Part shown: positions 37,532 through 49,947 of the stretch, in pieces | Layout of the letters: the number at the start of each line of letters is the position of its first letter | Position numbering within the stretch: the first letter of the stretch is position 1 | NCBI RefSeq assembly: GCF_009834535.1 | Contig: NC_045697.1 | Location: 27,902,001-27,966,000 of the forward strand | DNA: 64,000 bases | Origin: Camelus ferus | Lineage: Eukaryota | Direction of reading: 5' to 3' | The notes under the pieces: model-generated | What the model was told of the DNA's origin: nothing | What the model saw: only the letters and a program-made list of their open reading frames with translations | Databases searched by the model: none | Position numbers and translations under genes: made by a program

Positions 37532-39967
37532 TTATAGGCAGTCTGTTCTTACCAAAGAGATTGTAGAACCTCGAGACCCTTCATTTAGCTCTGTGAATGT
37601 CTGTAGTTCACACATCTGTCTGGTTTCTAATAAATTAACATGAATAGCAGCTCGAAGGTTTGTCCAAAAAAGGCCACATTTACGTCTATCCTTGGGCCAT
37701 TCCAAGTATGCTTTCTTTTCCATGAGAGCTTTCAACTTGGGATACCTGATAGGAATGCAGTAGAGTGGGATGGGTTCCAGTAAGATGATAATTATGTTAT
37801 CAGAACTTTCATGGAAGAGATTGTGGTGGGCAAAGTAGAGTTCATAATGGCACCACTCACTCTGGACAAAGTTGGGAGACAAGACAAAGATGGACTTGTA
37901 GCTTTTCTCAATGCACTTTATGACATCTTCAGTAATGTTCTTGCCAGGGTCAGAGTTTCCCTCATGAAAACAAATTAGTATAGAACCATCTTCTTTCTCT
38001 AGATTGGGGATCAGTGCATGCTTTACCCAGGCAGAATCATGTTCACTGTATGAAATAAACACATGGAATTGGATATTTCTCTTGAGTTGTCTTTGGGTTG
38101 TCTTCCTAACCCTGTGCCATGTCTGTGCCCATTGACCTAGCATCCTGAGATACCAGGGCAGATCAAAGTGGAAACAGCAGAAGGCCACAGCCATCCCCAG
38201 GACTAGCATGATAACCACAATGGTGACAATCAACAAAGCTATGTTGCAAGATAATTCAGGAAGATGAACATCCTTTAACTGAGTCCCCTTCAGATTCAAA
38301 GGGTATTCACAAATGTATGAATCTGACCACCCAACCATCATGCCCTCTGAATATTTTTCAAGCTGAATGAAATCTCTTAATTCACAAGTACACCGGAATG
38401 GATTTCTTCCTGCATTTAGAATCTTAACTTCCTGGCAGCTCTGAAAAAAATCCAGAGATGGGCTGAGAATTAAGTTCATTTCAACGTTCAGAACTGAGAG
38501 TCTTCCGAAATGACTGCACCCAGGAAGATCAGTTAGAAGATTAAATGCAAGATTTAACTCTCGCAAGGATGTCAGATGAATAATCTCTTTAGGGACAGTT
38601 TGAATTTTGTTATCATTCATGTCTAGTATTTGAATATTTCTGGGCAAGCACCTGAAAACAGAGTCAGTAAATTTATTGGATGACAAATTCATGCTGATCA
38701 AGGTTTCTGGCCACAAGCAATTTTCATCATTTTCATGTTGTAACAGATTTTGGCTCAGATCTAAGTGCTTCAAGGATGTGTTGCTGGCAAAACAACTCAC
38801 TAAGGAAAGCGTCTCCAACTTATTGTCCTTCAAAATGAGAGTTTTCAAATGAGGCAATTGGATAGGGGTTTTAAACACGTCATCTGTTAAGATATTATTA
38901 GCAAAATTTAAATATTTGAATCTCATAGGATAAATAGGGAACAGCATGTGAGGCATTTGTGCATCTGATATTGTCAGGTTTTCTATATCCATTTTGGTAA
39001 AAAGCAAGTAGACTCTCTCCTGTGGAATACTAAAAATTCTGAAGTGTACATGCTCCAATTTTATAGTTCTCATTACAGTATTTGAGTAGTCAAATGAATT
39101 GTGGTCAAGATAAACCTTACCTCCAAAAGTCACATGTTGGACCTGGAAGTATTCTACTGATGTATGCCAAACAAATTGGAAGATAAGGAGAAGGTCACCC
39201 CAGAGTAAATCAACTTTATTAAGTAACAGAATGGATGTCTTGGCATTCTCTAAAGTAAGATTCTGTTGAGTTTCATAACTTGTAGATTGACTTTTGCCAT
39301 CTATATTCGTCATTTCTAGTATTTTTGAAGTCTTGATTCCATCACGCAAAAGAACCCAGAAATTTGTATTCATTGGTAAAACAATGTGAAGTTTTGTTGT
39401 GTTTAAGATAGGCAGGCTACCTTCCTCATAATGGGAAAGAGTTCTCAATCCTAAGAAGACAGTATTTAGATGCAAATGAGAAATTTTCTGGAAATCTGAT
39501 TTCCGTATTTTTGCCCCACTCAGACCTAGGATTTCCAGGTGTGACATGTTGCCAGTCTCCTCACAGATAGGTATAGTATCAAAGTCATTGAAGGAAAGAT
39601 CGAGATGTCTGAGACCTGCCAGTGAGTACCAGGTTACCATCTTCAATCTGTTGTAAGACACATCTAAATATCTTAACTCTGTGTTGAATTCAAAGGTCCT
39701 GATATCTAGCTCCTGGATTCTGTTATGGCACAGAATCAAAACTTTCAGTTTAGAGACAGAATGAAAATCTGAACGCTGGAGTTGAAAAAGGAGGTTGTAG
39801 GATAAATCCAGCATGGTTGCGCTTGGGGTCAAGTCTGTGGGAACCTTTCTTAAAGACATGTTGGAGCAGTTGATAGTCAATTCCCTTTCTTCCAGCAGCT
39901 TTGAAGCCCCACCACGCACTGATATAACAATACAACAAAATAGGTAAATGCTTCTGATATGTCTCAT
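37532..39967 (-). CDS. TLR10: Toll-like receptor 10
   Basis: Intact 811-aa ORF: signal peptide, LRRs, LRRCT (NPFRCTCEL), TM ([20 protein letters not shown]), TIR; TLR10-type ends ([20 protein letters not shown] '[16 protein letters not shown]'). Confidence 0.97.
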   Translation of the reverse strand: MRHIRSIYLFCCIVISVRGGASKLLEERELTINCSNMSLRKVPTDLTPSATMLDLSYNLLFQLQRSDFHSVSKLKVLILCHNRIQELDIRTFEFNTELRYLDVSYNRLKMVTWYSLAGLRHLDLSFNDFDTIPICEETGNMSHLEILGLSGAKIRKSDFQKISHLHLNTVFLGLRTLSHYEEGSLPILNTTKLHIVLPMNTNFWVLLRDGIKTSKILEMTNIDGKSQSTSYETQQNLTLENAKTSILLLNKVDLLWGDLLLIFQFVWHTSVEYFQVQHVTFGGKVYLDHNSFDYSNTVMRTIKLEHVHFRIFSIPQERVYLLFTKMDIENLTISDAQMPHMLFPIYPMRFKYLNFANNILTDDVFKTPIQLPHLKTLILKDNKLETLSLVSCFASNTSLKHLDLSQNLLQHENDENCLWPETLISMNLSSNKFTDSVFRCLPRNIQILDMNDNKIQTVPKEIIHLTSLRELNLAFNLLTDLPGCSHFGRLSVLNVEMNLILSPSLDFFQSCQEVKILNAGRNPFRCTCELRDFIQLEKYSEGMMVGWSDSYICEYPLNLKGTQLKDVHLPELSCNIALLIVTIVVIMLVLGMAVAFCCFHFDLPWYLRMLGQWAQTWHRVRKTTQRQLKRNIQFHVFISYSEHDSAWVKHALIPNLEKEDGSILICFHEGNSDPGKNITEDVIKCIEKSYKSIFVLSPNFVQSEWCHYELYFAHHNLFHESSDNIIIILLEPIPLYCIPIRYPKLKALMEKKAYLEWPKDRRKCGLFWTNLRAAIHVNLLETRQMCELQTFTELNEGSRGSTISLVRTDCL

Positions 39968-40055
39968 TGTAATTCCGAGAATTTTTTCACTGGTTCACCT
40001 CATGTGAATTTTATCACACGTCACCTCATATAAATGGTGAAGATGAGTTCAAACC
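39968..40055 (-). other. TLR10: TLR10 5' UTR part of the coding exon; splice acceptor AG at 40056-40057
   Basis: Minus strand 'atgctgtttttccag|ggtttgaactcatcttcacc...ttacaATG', similar to the human TLR10 leader as recalled. Confidence 0.8.
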
Positions 40056-40509
40056 CTGGAAAAACAGCATATAATGTTAAGTGGTTATGTGATTTGTTAA
40101 ACCCTGTAGGACTTTTTAAGTACTAACATCTGACTATATTCACCTGAGATTATTCATCTAACATCCTTATGAGAGTTCAGTCTTGCATGTAATCTTCTAA
40201 TTGATCTTCTTGGTTGAGATCATTTCAGAAGACTCTCAGTTCAAGAATTTGCAGTAGGGTTCCAACCCATATACTGAGTCTTTGATTTGATCTCAGAGCT
40301 TGGCTCCATAGATTTCCAAGTCCATTACTGTGTCATACCCCCATCACTGAGGCAAGTCAGGATTCCCAGAAGGGAGATAGATATATATAGTTGGCAGAAG
40401 TGCCTCTCACCCAGCTCAGATTAGGAACTGCATTGCCAGGACATATTCGACACCCTCTCCCACATCCCCTTTTGATAGCCTGAAAGCTTTAAGACAGTTA
40501 AAAGAAATT

Positions 40510-41180
40510 TTTAAAAATTAATACATTTTTAGAGCAGTTTAAGATTCATAGCAACATTGAAGGGAAGGTACAGAGATTTTCCATATACCTCCTGCCCCCA
40601 CATGTGAACAGCCTTCCCTATTATCAACAACCCCCTCTCCATCAGAGTGGTGCATCTGTTACAACTGATGGACCTACACTGATACATCATAGTCACTCCA
40701 AGTCCACAGTTTATACTATTGTTCACTCTTGGTGCACATTCTGTGGGTTTGGACAAATGTATAAGGACATGTATTCATCATTATGGTATCATACAGAGTA
40801 TTTTCACTGCCCTAAAAATCCTGTACGCCTATTCATCCTCTGCCCACCCCACAATCCCTGGAAACCACTGGTCATTTTTTTTGTCTCCATAGTTTTGTCT
40901 TTTCTAGAATGACATAATAGTTGGAATCAATACAATATGTATCTTTTCCAAATTGTCTTCTTTCCCATAGTAGTATGCATTTAGGTTTCTTCTATGTCTT
41001 TGCATGGCTTGATAGCTCATTTCTCTTTAGCACTGAATAATAGCCCACTATCTGTATCTACTAGAGCTTATCCATTCACCTACTGAAGGACATCTTGGTT
41101 GCTTCCAAGTTTTACCAATTATAAATAAAGCAACTATAAACATCTGTGTACAGGTTTTTGTGTGGACATAAGTCCTCAAT
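40510..41180 (-). mobile_element. L1MC-type 3' fragment in a TLR10 intron
   Basis: 'ttttagagcagttttaagattcatagcaa'-like start, 'tacagagattttccatatacc...gagtggtgcat...catcttggttgcttccaagtttt'. Confidence 0.8.
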
Positions 41181-41286
41181 GAAAGTAATCTTTATAACTG
41201 AACAGTGTGGGCCCCTGAATTAATGTTATGAAGCTGTTTACTCAACTTTGTTATTTGTGAATATAGAGAGTCTCTTAAGCTTATAC

Positions 41287-41420
41287 CTGACTGTCAATAA
41301 TACTTACCCATGCACATGGAAGGTCCGAAACACAGAAATAAAAAGAGTGGTTCTGGTCCTTATGCCTCCATATGTCTTCAGGTTGGTGGCAAAAGCAATC
41401 TGGATCACTGCCAAATAATA
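41287..41420 (-). other. TLR10: Candidate TLR10 non-coding exon with alternative splice sites
   Basis: Minus-strand acceptors at 41421-41422 or 41408-41409; donors GTAAGT (41302-41307) or GTATAA (41281-41286); non-repetitive sequence. Confidence 0.4.
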
Positions 41421-41689
41421 CTGATAGTGATAGAATCAGTTTCCATTTCTTGAAGCTTTTCAATGAGCCAAGAGGTACACTAAACCCTTCGCATATATTA
41501 TCTTACTTATTCATCACGAAACTCTGTGAGAGAAGTGCTGTTACCCACAGGTTACAGATGAAGACAGTCATGCATGCAGAATTCTGAGGACTTTGAGAGA
41601 AGAGTCAGGCTTCAAGTGTTTGATTGGACACAGAACAGAGGAGGTTGGGGAACTAAAAATTTCACAATATTATTATTCAAGATCTACTC

Positions 41690-42340
41690 TGCCAGGAATT
41701 TTTCCAGGCACTGAGGATACAGCAATGAGTAGAACAGACAGAATTTCTCTTCTTACACACTTACATTCCAGTAAGGGGTAAGAAAAGAGGCACTATAAAC
41801 AAAGAAATACATTTCTATGTTAGGTGATGATCAGGGCTGAAGAAAACAGCCAAGATAAGGGGAGGAGAGGGTGTCTGAGGGGTGATATTGGTATAGGGGA
41901 GTCTAAAAAGGCCTCGCTGATAAGGTGACCTTCATGCAAAGATCTAAAGGGCAGAAGGAGCAAGCCTCTTGTCGTCTGGGGAAAAAGCATTCTGGAAAGA
42001 GAAGAGTAAGTGCAAGTTCAAAGACCAGATGTGGGAGCCTCTTCCGAAAATGTGAGGAGTGACTGGAGCGGAGTTGAGGAAGTGGATTGAAGAGGTCAGA
42101 TCTTGTAAGGATTTGGGATTTTCTGCTGATTGAAATAAGAAATGAGTGTAGGATTTAGAGCAGCGGAGTGGCAGATTCTGATGCACATCTTAAAGCGTCC
42201 TCTGCTTGTTAGCTGGAAATGACTGGAGGGGCGCAAGCCTGGCAGGAAAGACCCCCGGGACACTAACGAGGAATTCATGACAGAAAGAGGGTAGTGAGGA
42301 GGGGGTGAGAAGTGGTTAGATCCCACTATTGTATGAGTGA
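41690..42340 (-). mobile_element. L2 LINE fragment
   Basis: 'tgccagg...ccaggcactgaggatacagcaatgag...cttacattccagt...aaggcctcgctgataaggtgac...tgcaagttcaaag'. Confidence 0.7.
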
Positions 42341-42656
42341 AGTCTTCAACTTTATGTCCCCCGACACCAGGCACTCTGACAACACAACGGAAGGTAATGA
42401 GCAGGGTGAAACTTTCCCTGCTTCTACCTGCATGTTTATTGCACATTGACTCCCAGTCTCCCCTAGACTTGTCACCCCTATGGACAAGCAGGAGGGACCA
42501 GGGGCAAACTCAGGGTGTAGCGAGACTTCTCTCTAACGTTCACGTTGTTCCATTCTGAGAAATGTGAGCACACATGCACCCACGTGGGTGTTGAGGCGGG
42601 GACAAAACTGGCCCAACTGACACAAAAGGACATCTGGATTATTACCTCACTCTTAC

Positions 42657-42758
42657 CTGGATTTTTCTTTCTCTAGAACCTGCCCAAGTTTGTTTTGTTT
42701 TATTGTTATTGGTGTTCTTGTTGAAGTGAAGAAATTCTAGGAGGCATGTCTTTATTTC
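42657..42758 (-). other. TLR10: Candidate TLR10 non-coding exon (102 nt)
   Basis: Minus strand 'tttcatttttaagttgttttag|gaaataaag...aaaatccag|gtaaga' has a good acceptor and a strong donor. Confidence 0.55.
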
Positions 42759-43829
42759 CTAAAACAACTTAAAAATGAAAATACTTTGTATAGTTGTTTC
42801 ATAGAAAATAGGGAAAGGGACACAGAAATGTTCAACTATCGTGTGATGTGAGTGTGAAGAGAGAATTTTGATTTTTGGCATGCCTTGTCCATTGTGCATT
42901 CAGGGGAAAAGGCACATGAAGGGCACTAGGTGGGGGTGGGATTGAGGAGGTGGCCCCCTTCACCTTCCCACTGAGATATTCCCTCCATGTTTATTTCCTC
43001 CAATCCATCCCAGGTGGTCCTCTCTTGGTCACCTCTTTTTTATGTAACGTTTAATATAGCATCCAATGACCAGTATAAGAACAAATACCAACATACAAAG
43101 AGAGCCTCTGTGATGTAACTTTATGTCCATGGTTATTTCCCGGATTTTACGAATCCAGTAAAATAAATTAGTTGCTAGTACCATCATTTTAATACATTAC
43201 CCACATTTAAGATGACCCGAGTAACTCTTCTGTTTGATGAATCTATACGTTTATAGCTATTCAACATGTCTGATAGTATGTCCACGCCAAATTTACTCTC
43301 ATGCAAATGAGGCAGTGGCCACTCAATGTCTTTTTGGGTAACAACTACCATTCACTGGGCTAAGTAACACTGACTTTACACAGATGGATCCTTACAACAC
43401 TACTCACCATTTACAGATATGAAAGGTGGTGCTTAGAGAGGTCCTGTAGCTGCCTCATGGTCACAAAGTTAATCCATGGTGAGTCCAGAGCCGGGGCTCT
43501 TAGCCATTCTGCTATCTTGTGTCTCTAGGGTGAGTCAAGATAAATCTGTTTCCAATATATGCTATAACATATTAACCATGATGAAATTATATCTCACTAA
43601 GACATGTTGATTCTTTAACATTTCCTTATACACAGTCCAAGGAACCCAATGAGTAAGTCTGCAAGTGCTACCCAATTTAGGGTTTCTTTTTTTTTTCCGA
43701 TTTAGGTTTTAGATCAATTACCTACAAGGACAGACACGGATTGAGCCATTATGTTGAGTACTGTCTTGGTGAAGCCATTGTATTTTGGGGTCACTTGTTA
43801 CAGCACCCGCCTATGTCCTAACTAATGTG

Positions 43830-44380
43830 CTATTATCCTTAGAAGGAAATCCAAACCCAATACTGGATTACTAAACCCTCCATGGGCTGGTCTTTCTTCC
43901 TTGTAGGATCTCATTTCATATTATCCTGGCCCTCTGAACTCCAGTAAGACTGACCCTCTGCTCCATGGCCACATTTTGCTCTAACCTCAGGGCCTTTGCA
44001 CTAGCTTTTCCCTCAGCTTGGGATGTTCTTCTCCCATCCTTCCTTGGCTGGATCCTTCTTATCATTGAGGTCTTGTCTGACAGTTCATCTCCTCTAAGAA
44101 ACCTGACTTGACCCCCTAATCTAAAGAGGACATTTAGATTAACTTGCTAGTCATGCACATCATCCTATTTTGTTTCTCTACAAAACAGAGTACTTACCAC
44201 TCCCTGAAACTTTTATTCATTTATTTGTTTGTTGACTACACCCCACCCTCACCTCTCACACTCAAGAGAAGGGGGTCTAACAACCTTGTTCACCTCTGTA
44301 TCCCTGGCATGTACAACAGTGCCCAGTCCATGGCATATGTTCAGTAAATACATTCATGTATATAAGAATAAATGAATGAT
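43830..44380 (+). mobile_element. L2 LINE 3' portion
   Basis: 'cctcagggcctttgcactagc...cttgttcacctctgtatccctggca...gttcagtaaata...aatgaatga'. Confidence 0.75.
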
Positions 44381-44673
44381 TTCAATTTTTTATTCCTTAG
44401 CCTAAGGTGGTATATAACATACTCTCAAAATATGTATCAAATGAATTAATTTGAGTTGTGAACTCCTGTTACAGTGCAGTGCATGATGGTTAAAGAGTAA
44501 GTTTACTGTCAGGGATGGACAGGTCTGTGTTCAAGTCCAATCTTAGCCCTTCACTGGATGTGATAACTTAGATAATTGATTTAACTGCTGAAAGGTTCTG
44601 CAGAGGCATAAGGAGATAATGTATATAAATCACTTGGTGTCACGCCTAGTATATCACAAATGGTAGCAGTTCG

Positions 44674-44889
44674 CAGGGCCAAAACTAAGGTGATTTCAGG
44701 CACAAATGTTAAGAGGCACCAAGAAACTCAGTAATCAAGATGAGTAATATTTTAGTAAAATATTTTTTTAAATTAAAGTGAATGTAAAATCCATGACAAA
44801 CAAAAATTAAAATTTTTTCATAAAGACAGAATGAGTTTTACTGATTTCTCCTCTTGTCTCAAGCTCCAGTATGGCTTGGTAGGACACTG
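44674..44889. mobile_element. Non-autonomous hAT-type DNA transposon (MITE)
   Basis: CAG...CTG ends (cagggcc / gacactg) around an AT-rich core; family not assigned. Confidence 0.5.
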
Positions 44890-46124
44890 GATATAGTCAC
44901 TAAGTTATGTCACTAAGACAATGAAGGTGTTTTTACCATTATTTTCTCACCAAGTTCTTCAATTCACAGCAACTTAGTTTAAGCTTTTCGGTCTAAGAGC
45001 TATGGCCCTTGAAAAATGCAGCAAAGTCTAACTCAGCTGTTTGTCTGGAATCCTCTGTGTTGAGATGTCATAGCTTTCAAGTTTTACCCACCTTTTTTCT
45101 CTCTGCCCAGTACCACAACCTCATGTGAAACTTATTCTAAAAAAGTGAAGTTAAGAAAGAAGTTAAGAAACTCTTTCTGAACTTCTCTTAACATAATAAA
45201 AGAAAAAGGCCCTATCTCTCAGGCAATGCATACAAGTTATGGTATTTCATTTAAACATTTTTAAAAGTCTGACATAAACTTTTGATGAAAGATGCAGTCA
45301 ATAAATATATTATTATCATATTCATATTACTGTCACTGTGCACTGAAAGCTGGTGAAAAACAGAATGGCTTTCTTTAATAGTTTATGATTTAAAAGTCTA
45401 AGTCAAAAGACACCATGAAATGACTTGTGGTGGCTTGCCAGAGAATACTTAATCATCTAATTTTTCTTTACCCAATGATGCAAAAAAAAAAAAAAATGGA
45501 GAAGGGGTTAAAAAGGGGTTAAAAACCCATTGAAATTTGAATGATCTCTAATGAACATAAGAGCAAGGATGACTGACGTTTTATGAGTGTTTCCTATCTG
45601 CTTGGTAAGGAGCTAAATGCTTTCCATACGTTACCTTGTTCAATCCTCTCAACAACCCAACAAAATGATGGATATCCCCATTTTACAGATGAAGGCGCTA
45701 AAACCCAGAGGTTAAGTAATTTGCCCAAGGTAATCCAGTAAATAAGTGGTAGAACATGAATTTGAACCCAGAATCTGGTCCCTTCTGGATCCTAAATTGA
45801 AGGCATTTCAAACTCTGAAATGAAGAAGCTTATGGTGTGATTGCCGAGGCTGATTCCACTGGCAGGACTAGCTACCACTGTGGCCTCTTCCTTCCCCTCC
45901 CACCCCATGTCCCTTCTTCAAAGCTATTTATAGTCTGCTCTGTGTCACAACGTTCAAGAAGCCAGCAAAAAGGAAAGTCAAATTCTCAAGCACCTACAAG
46001 ACAATTCTTCAAATCAATAGTGATCAACAGTAAGCCCCAGGGTCACTCACTAATCATCAATCTTTAGATTAATATAGGCAAAATAATAAAGACTAAAAAC
46101 CTGAACACATCTGCTTTCCATCTA

Positions 46125-46190
46125 CTGAATCAGTCTGAATATCTGAATAATCTGAGTAAATCTGAATAATCTGAAAATCTGAATAAATCT
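46125..46190. repeat. Degenerate 8-10-bp tandem repeat (AATCTGAAT)n
   Basis: ctgaat cagtctgaat atctgaat aatctgagt aaatctgaat aatctgaa aatctgaat aaatct. Confidence 0.8.
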
Positions 46191-46280
46191 ACTTCCCTCC
46201 CACTTTGTTTAGAAAAGACCCCATGCAATTCTTATTTCTTTTTCACGAGTGTTCTAACAAAGAAAGCTAACAGCTCTTAC

Positions 46281-46380
46281 CCCCAGGCTGGCAGCGGCTC
46301 CGGCAGAGCTGCAGGTGCGGATGATTCATTGACAGAACCAGGACTGGCTCCAGGAGTGCCTGAGTCCAGCTTTTCTGTGA
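46281..46380 (-). other. TLR10: TLR10 first (non-coding) exon; 5' end approximate
   Basis: Minus strand 'gaatcatccgcacctgcagctctgc...ctgggg|gtaaga' resembles the start of human TLR10 mRNA as recalled; donor at 46275-46280. Confidence 0.7.
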
Positions 46381-46454
46381 AGTTTGCACTCCTTTGCCCT
46401 CTACTGCATGCTGGGGGCATTACATGCTGCATAAGTTCATCATAATCTTAGATC

Positions 46455-47080
46455 ACTTTTTAAAGAATTGCAGGAAAATACACACGACATAAAATCTACC
46501 ATTTTAACCATTTTAAGTGTACAGTTCAGTGGCTTTTAGTACATTCACATAGTCGTTCAACCATCAGCACCACCCAGCTTCAGGACTCTGTCATCATCCC
46601 ACACTGAAACTCTGTACCCATTAAACAACAACTCCCCACTTTTTCTTCCCTTCAGCTCCCCCGTAACCACTGTTCTACTTTCTGTCTCTACAGATTTGAC
46701 TACTCTAGGCACCTCAAATAAGTGGAATCATACATTCGTGTGATTGCCTTATTTCATTTAGCATAATGTGTTCAATATTCTTCCATGTTGTAGTATGTAT
46801 CACAATTTCCTTCCTTTCCTGTTTAAGGCTGAAAAATATTCCATTGCGTGTGTATACCACATTTTGCTTATCCATTCATCCATCAATGGGTATTTGGGTT
46901 GTTTTCACCCTTTGACTACTGTGAATAGTGCTTCTATGGACATGGATGTGTACAATTATCTGTTCAAGTCCCTGCTTTCAGTTCTTCAGGGTAGATGCCT
47001 TGAAGCGGACCTGCTGGACCCTACGGCAATTCTGTGTCTGAATTTTTGCAGAGCTGCCATACTGTTTCCCACAGCAGCTT
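46455..47080 (-). mobile_element. L1MB-like 3' fragment just upstream of TLR10 exon 1
   Basis: 'accattttaaccattttaagtgtacagttcagtggc...ctgaaactctgtacccattaaacaac...ccacattttgcttatccattcatc'. Confidence 0.85.
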
Positions 47081-49766
47081 ACAGCACTTTGATGGTGCTT
47101 CACTTCAAGGTTCACATCAGTCATCCTGCCCTTCAAACTGGGTGGGAAGGCCAAGTGGTGATGAGAAGAAATGAAAACGGTGGCTGCAAAATTTCAGCAG
47201 TCTGATTGGGAGAGAGTGGGAAGGGCCAGAGGCCTCGTCTTGAAATGAAGTGGTAACACAAGCGTGGTATTTTTTAATGTAGTGTGCAGAGAAGAGGTCA
47301 ATTTTTTCAAAGCATCAATTTTTGAAGTTTTACTTATGCTTGACTTTAGATTCACCTGACACTGCTGGAGCTCACTGAGGAAGGTGAAAATTTCCAAATG
47401 GATTTGTCCATGGGAGGAATAGTCAGTTTGAAACTGAATAATTATAATAAGTTTATGTAAATATGAAATTGTGTGTGTGGGGGGGTCCTTAAAACAAAAT
47501 AGTTTTTCACAATCATATTGGGGATTTTTAGTCAAAATGTAATAACGTGTATTTGTATGTATATTGTAGAGAGAAAATCACACAATGAATAACTGTTTAA
47601 AGAAAAACACAACAGATACAGTCCGCTCTGCTGCCACCTTCACAGAGACGAAACCGTCTACACCTGGAAACAAGTACCGGGCCCGGGCCCGTGCCCAGCA
47701 AGAGTGCTGGAGAGCATTCCTAGCTTGTTGCACGAACTAGGCGCTAACATTCCCTTCATCTCAAGAATTCTCAAATGACTACAATCAGCACTCTCACATT
47801 CTAAACATCCCTGTCAAGGAAAAATAATCACTTGGGGTTTTTGGTGTCCAAAGACACATTTTTTTCAGAGCCCAACATTTTTAAACACTTTACACGGTCA
47901 GTGAATGTGGAATTTTTCTTTACTTATTTTTTTTCAATTTAATTTCCAGAAAGAAGCCAAGTTAGAGAGTAGTATTCTGTGTTGTCATCATCCCCATCGT
48001 GATCACTACCGCTTGCCTTCTTCCCAAGGGCAGCAAGTGTTACAAACAACATACTGTTGAATCCTCACTGCAAACTACATAGAACATACATATGATTCCC
48101 ACTTGACAGATGAGTCTGGTTCAGAGAGAACAAGAAACTTGCCCAAGGTCATCATCCCGTAAGAAGTGGAATCAAGATTCAAAACTTGAGTCTATCTGGC
48201 TCTGAAGCCCACAATGTTTGCTTCAGGTGCCCAACAGTTTAAATACTATTCCCTCTGCCATCACCTGGAATTTCTAAAATCTTTAAACCCTTATTTGCAA
48301 TAAGCAATAACAGTATGCTCAGAACCGTATGTGCTGACATCTTTAGCTAGTAATATTTTTCATTCTCATAAAACATTCTTATCCACTTTACCCTCCTTTT
48401 TCCCCCTTCTCCTCTTGCTCTGAGCTTCATAGATATCTGACATGATATGCCCCCATCTCTCTCTCTCTCTCTCCCTCCCTCCCTCCCTCCCTCTCTCTCT
48501 CTCTCATACATTTCCTCCCTCATGCCATCCCCTGATTTCAGACTTCTGCCTGCCATATAATTTGGAACCAACAGAGAACTTTGGGTTACCTCAACTGGAT
48601 GGAGGTTTATTTTAAAGACACTACAGAAAAAAAGAGAACCCACAGGAAGTGAGGGAGCCCAGCGGCACACAGGCAGGCTTCACAGAGACCTGGAAGGCCG
48701 GCTTGCTACCCTCCAAATTGGGCAAAGGGCTCTTCTCTACTCTAGTTCTGACTCAGCTTCTCTTTGACTCTTTCTTTCTCAGCCTGCTTCTCTTTTTACT
48801 CCCAGCTTCTCTTTCCTGCTGCCTTTGCCTCTTTCTTCCCACTTTCTTCCTGCCTTTCTCAGTATCACGGCTGGTGGGCAGCACTGAAGCTCATCCTGAG
48901 GGTACAGCCCCCAAGATAAGAAATCTGATTGGCTCCTCTTTTTCTCACCATCCAAAATGGAGCATCTCTATTGGGCAGGGGGCCCCTGGACCACCCAATA
49001 GTCTGCGGGCTTCCTTTGTGTGTTGCCCCTGCTAGAGCCTCCCCTGATGCAAGCAGGAAGGAATATCAAGTGCACAGAGTCAGCCAGCCGGGCCCGCTGC
49101 TTCCCCCATTGCCCCTCTGCGGTCTGGGAGTCTAGTGTGAAGCGCCTGTTGATTGGGTGGCGCTCCTCTAGTAAGAGAAAATAGTGACAGAGGTTATGTT
49201 CCCTGAATTATATTTCGAAAAAACAAATAAACATTTAGTTCCAGAAAGAGATAGATGTGGATCTCCCAGATTTAGGCTCTCATTTCTTTGGGGGAGGGGA
49301 CTATCATATTTAAGTTCTAAGACATACTGAACTTCCGGGAAGAAGGGTGAACATCTTCATGGGCCTGTCTGTGACCACATCATCAACATGCAGCACTCCT
49401 GTCCCTTGCCTCTCAAAGGCATGGTGCCTGGGACCTTGTTGATTAACTTTGATCATGGCTTTTTATTAAGGGTTGTCATCCACTTGTGTGGGTGTTAACT
49501 TGGGGAATTCAGGAAGCAACTGTGTCCTAGTATGAAGATGAAGTCTATTAGAGAGCTCTGAAACACCCAAGGAAGGCAGGGGTGAGCTGGTCCACAGTGT
49601 TGGGGAGCCACAGAAGACACAGTCCAGGAAGCACAGGAGAGGTGGCCGGGAGTTCAGAATGCCTCTGAAATCCTCAGGAGGGACAGCTTTCCTAAGGCTG
49701 GGCACTCAAGTGGCTTTACTTGAAAATACAAGGTGATAACCCCACACCTAGAAACTTTGTTGACAA

Positions 49767-49947
49767 AAAGAAAAAAGTTTCTTCAGTATAGCACAGGGAA
49801 CTATGTTCAATATCTTGGAATAACCTTTAATGAAAAAGAATATGAAAATGAATATAAGTATGTTTATGCATGACTGGGACATTGTGCTGTATACCAGAAG
49901 TTGACACATTGTAATTGACTGTACTTCAATTTAAAAAAAAAAAAAAA
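49767..49947 (+). mobile_element. Short young L1 3' end with a 17-bp TSD
   Basis: 'tatagcacagggaactatgttcaatatctt...tgcatgactgggacattgtgctgt' plus poly(A); TSD agaaactttgttgacaa (49750-49766) / agaaactttggtgacaa (49948-49964). Confidence 0.85.

Noticed and set aside
46125..46190. CRISPR-like array
   Set aside because: Eukaryotic context, no spacers; simple tandem repeat
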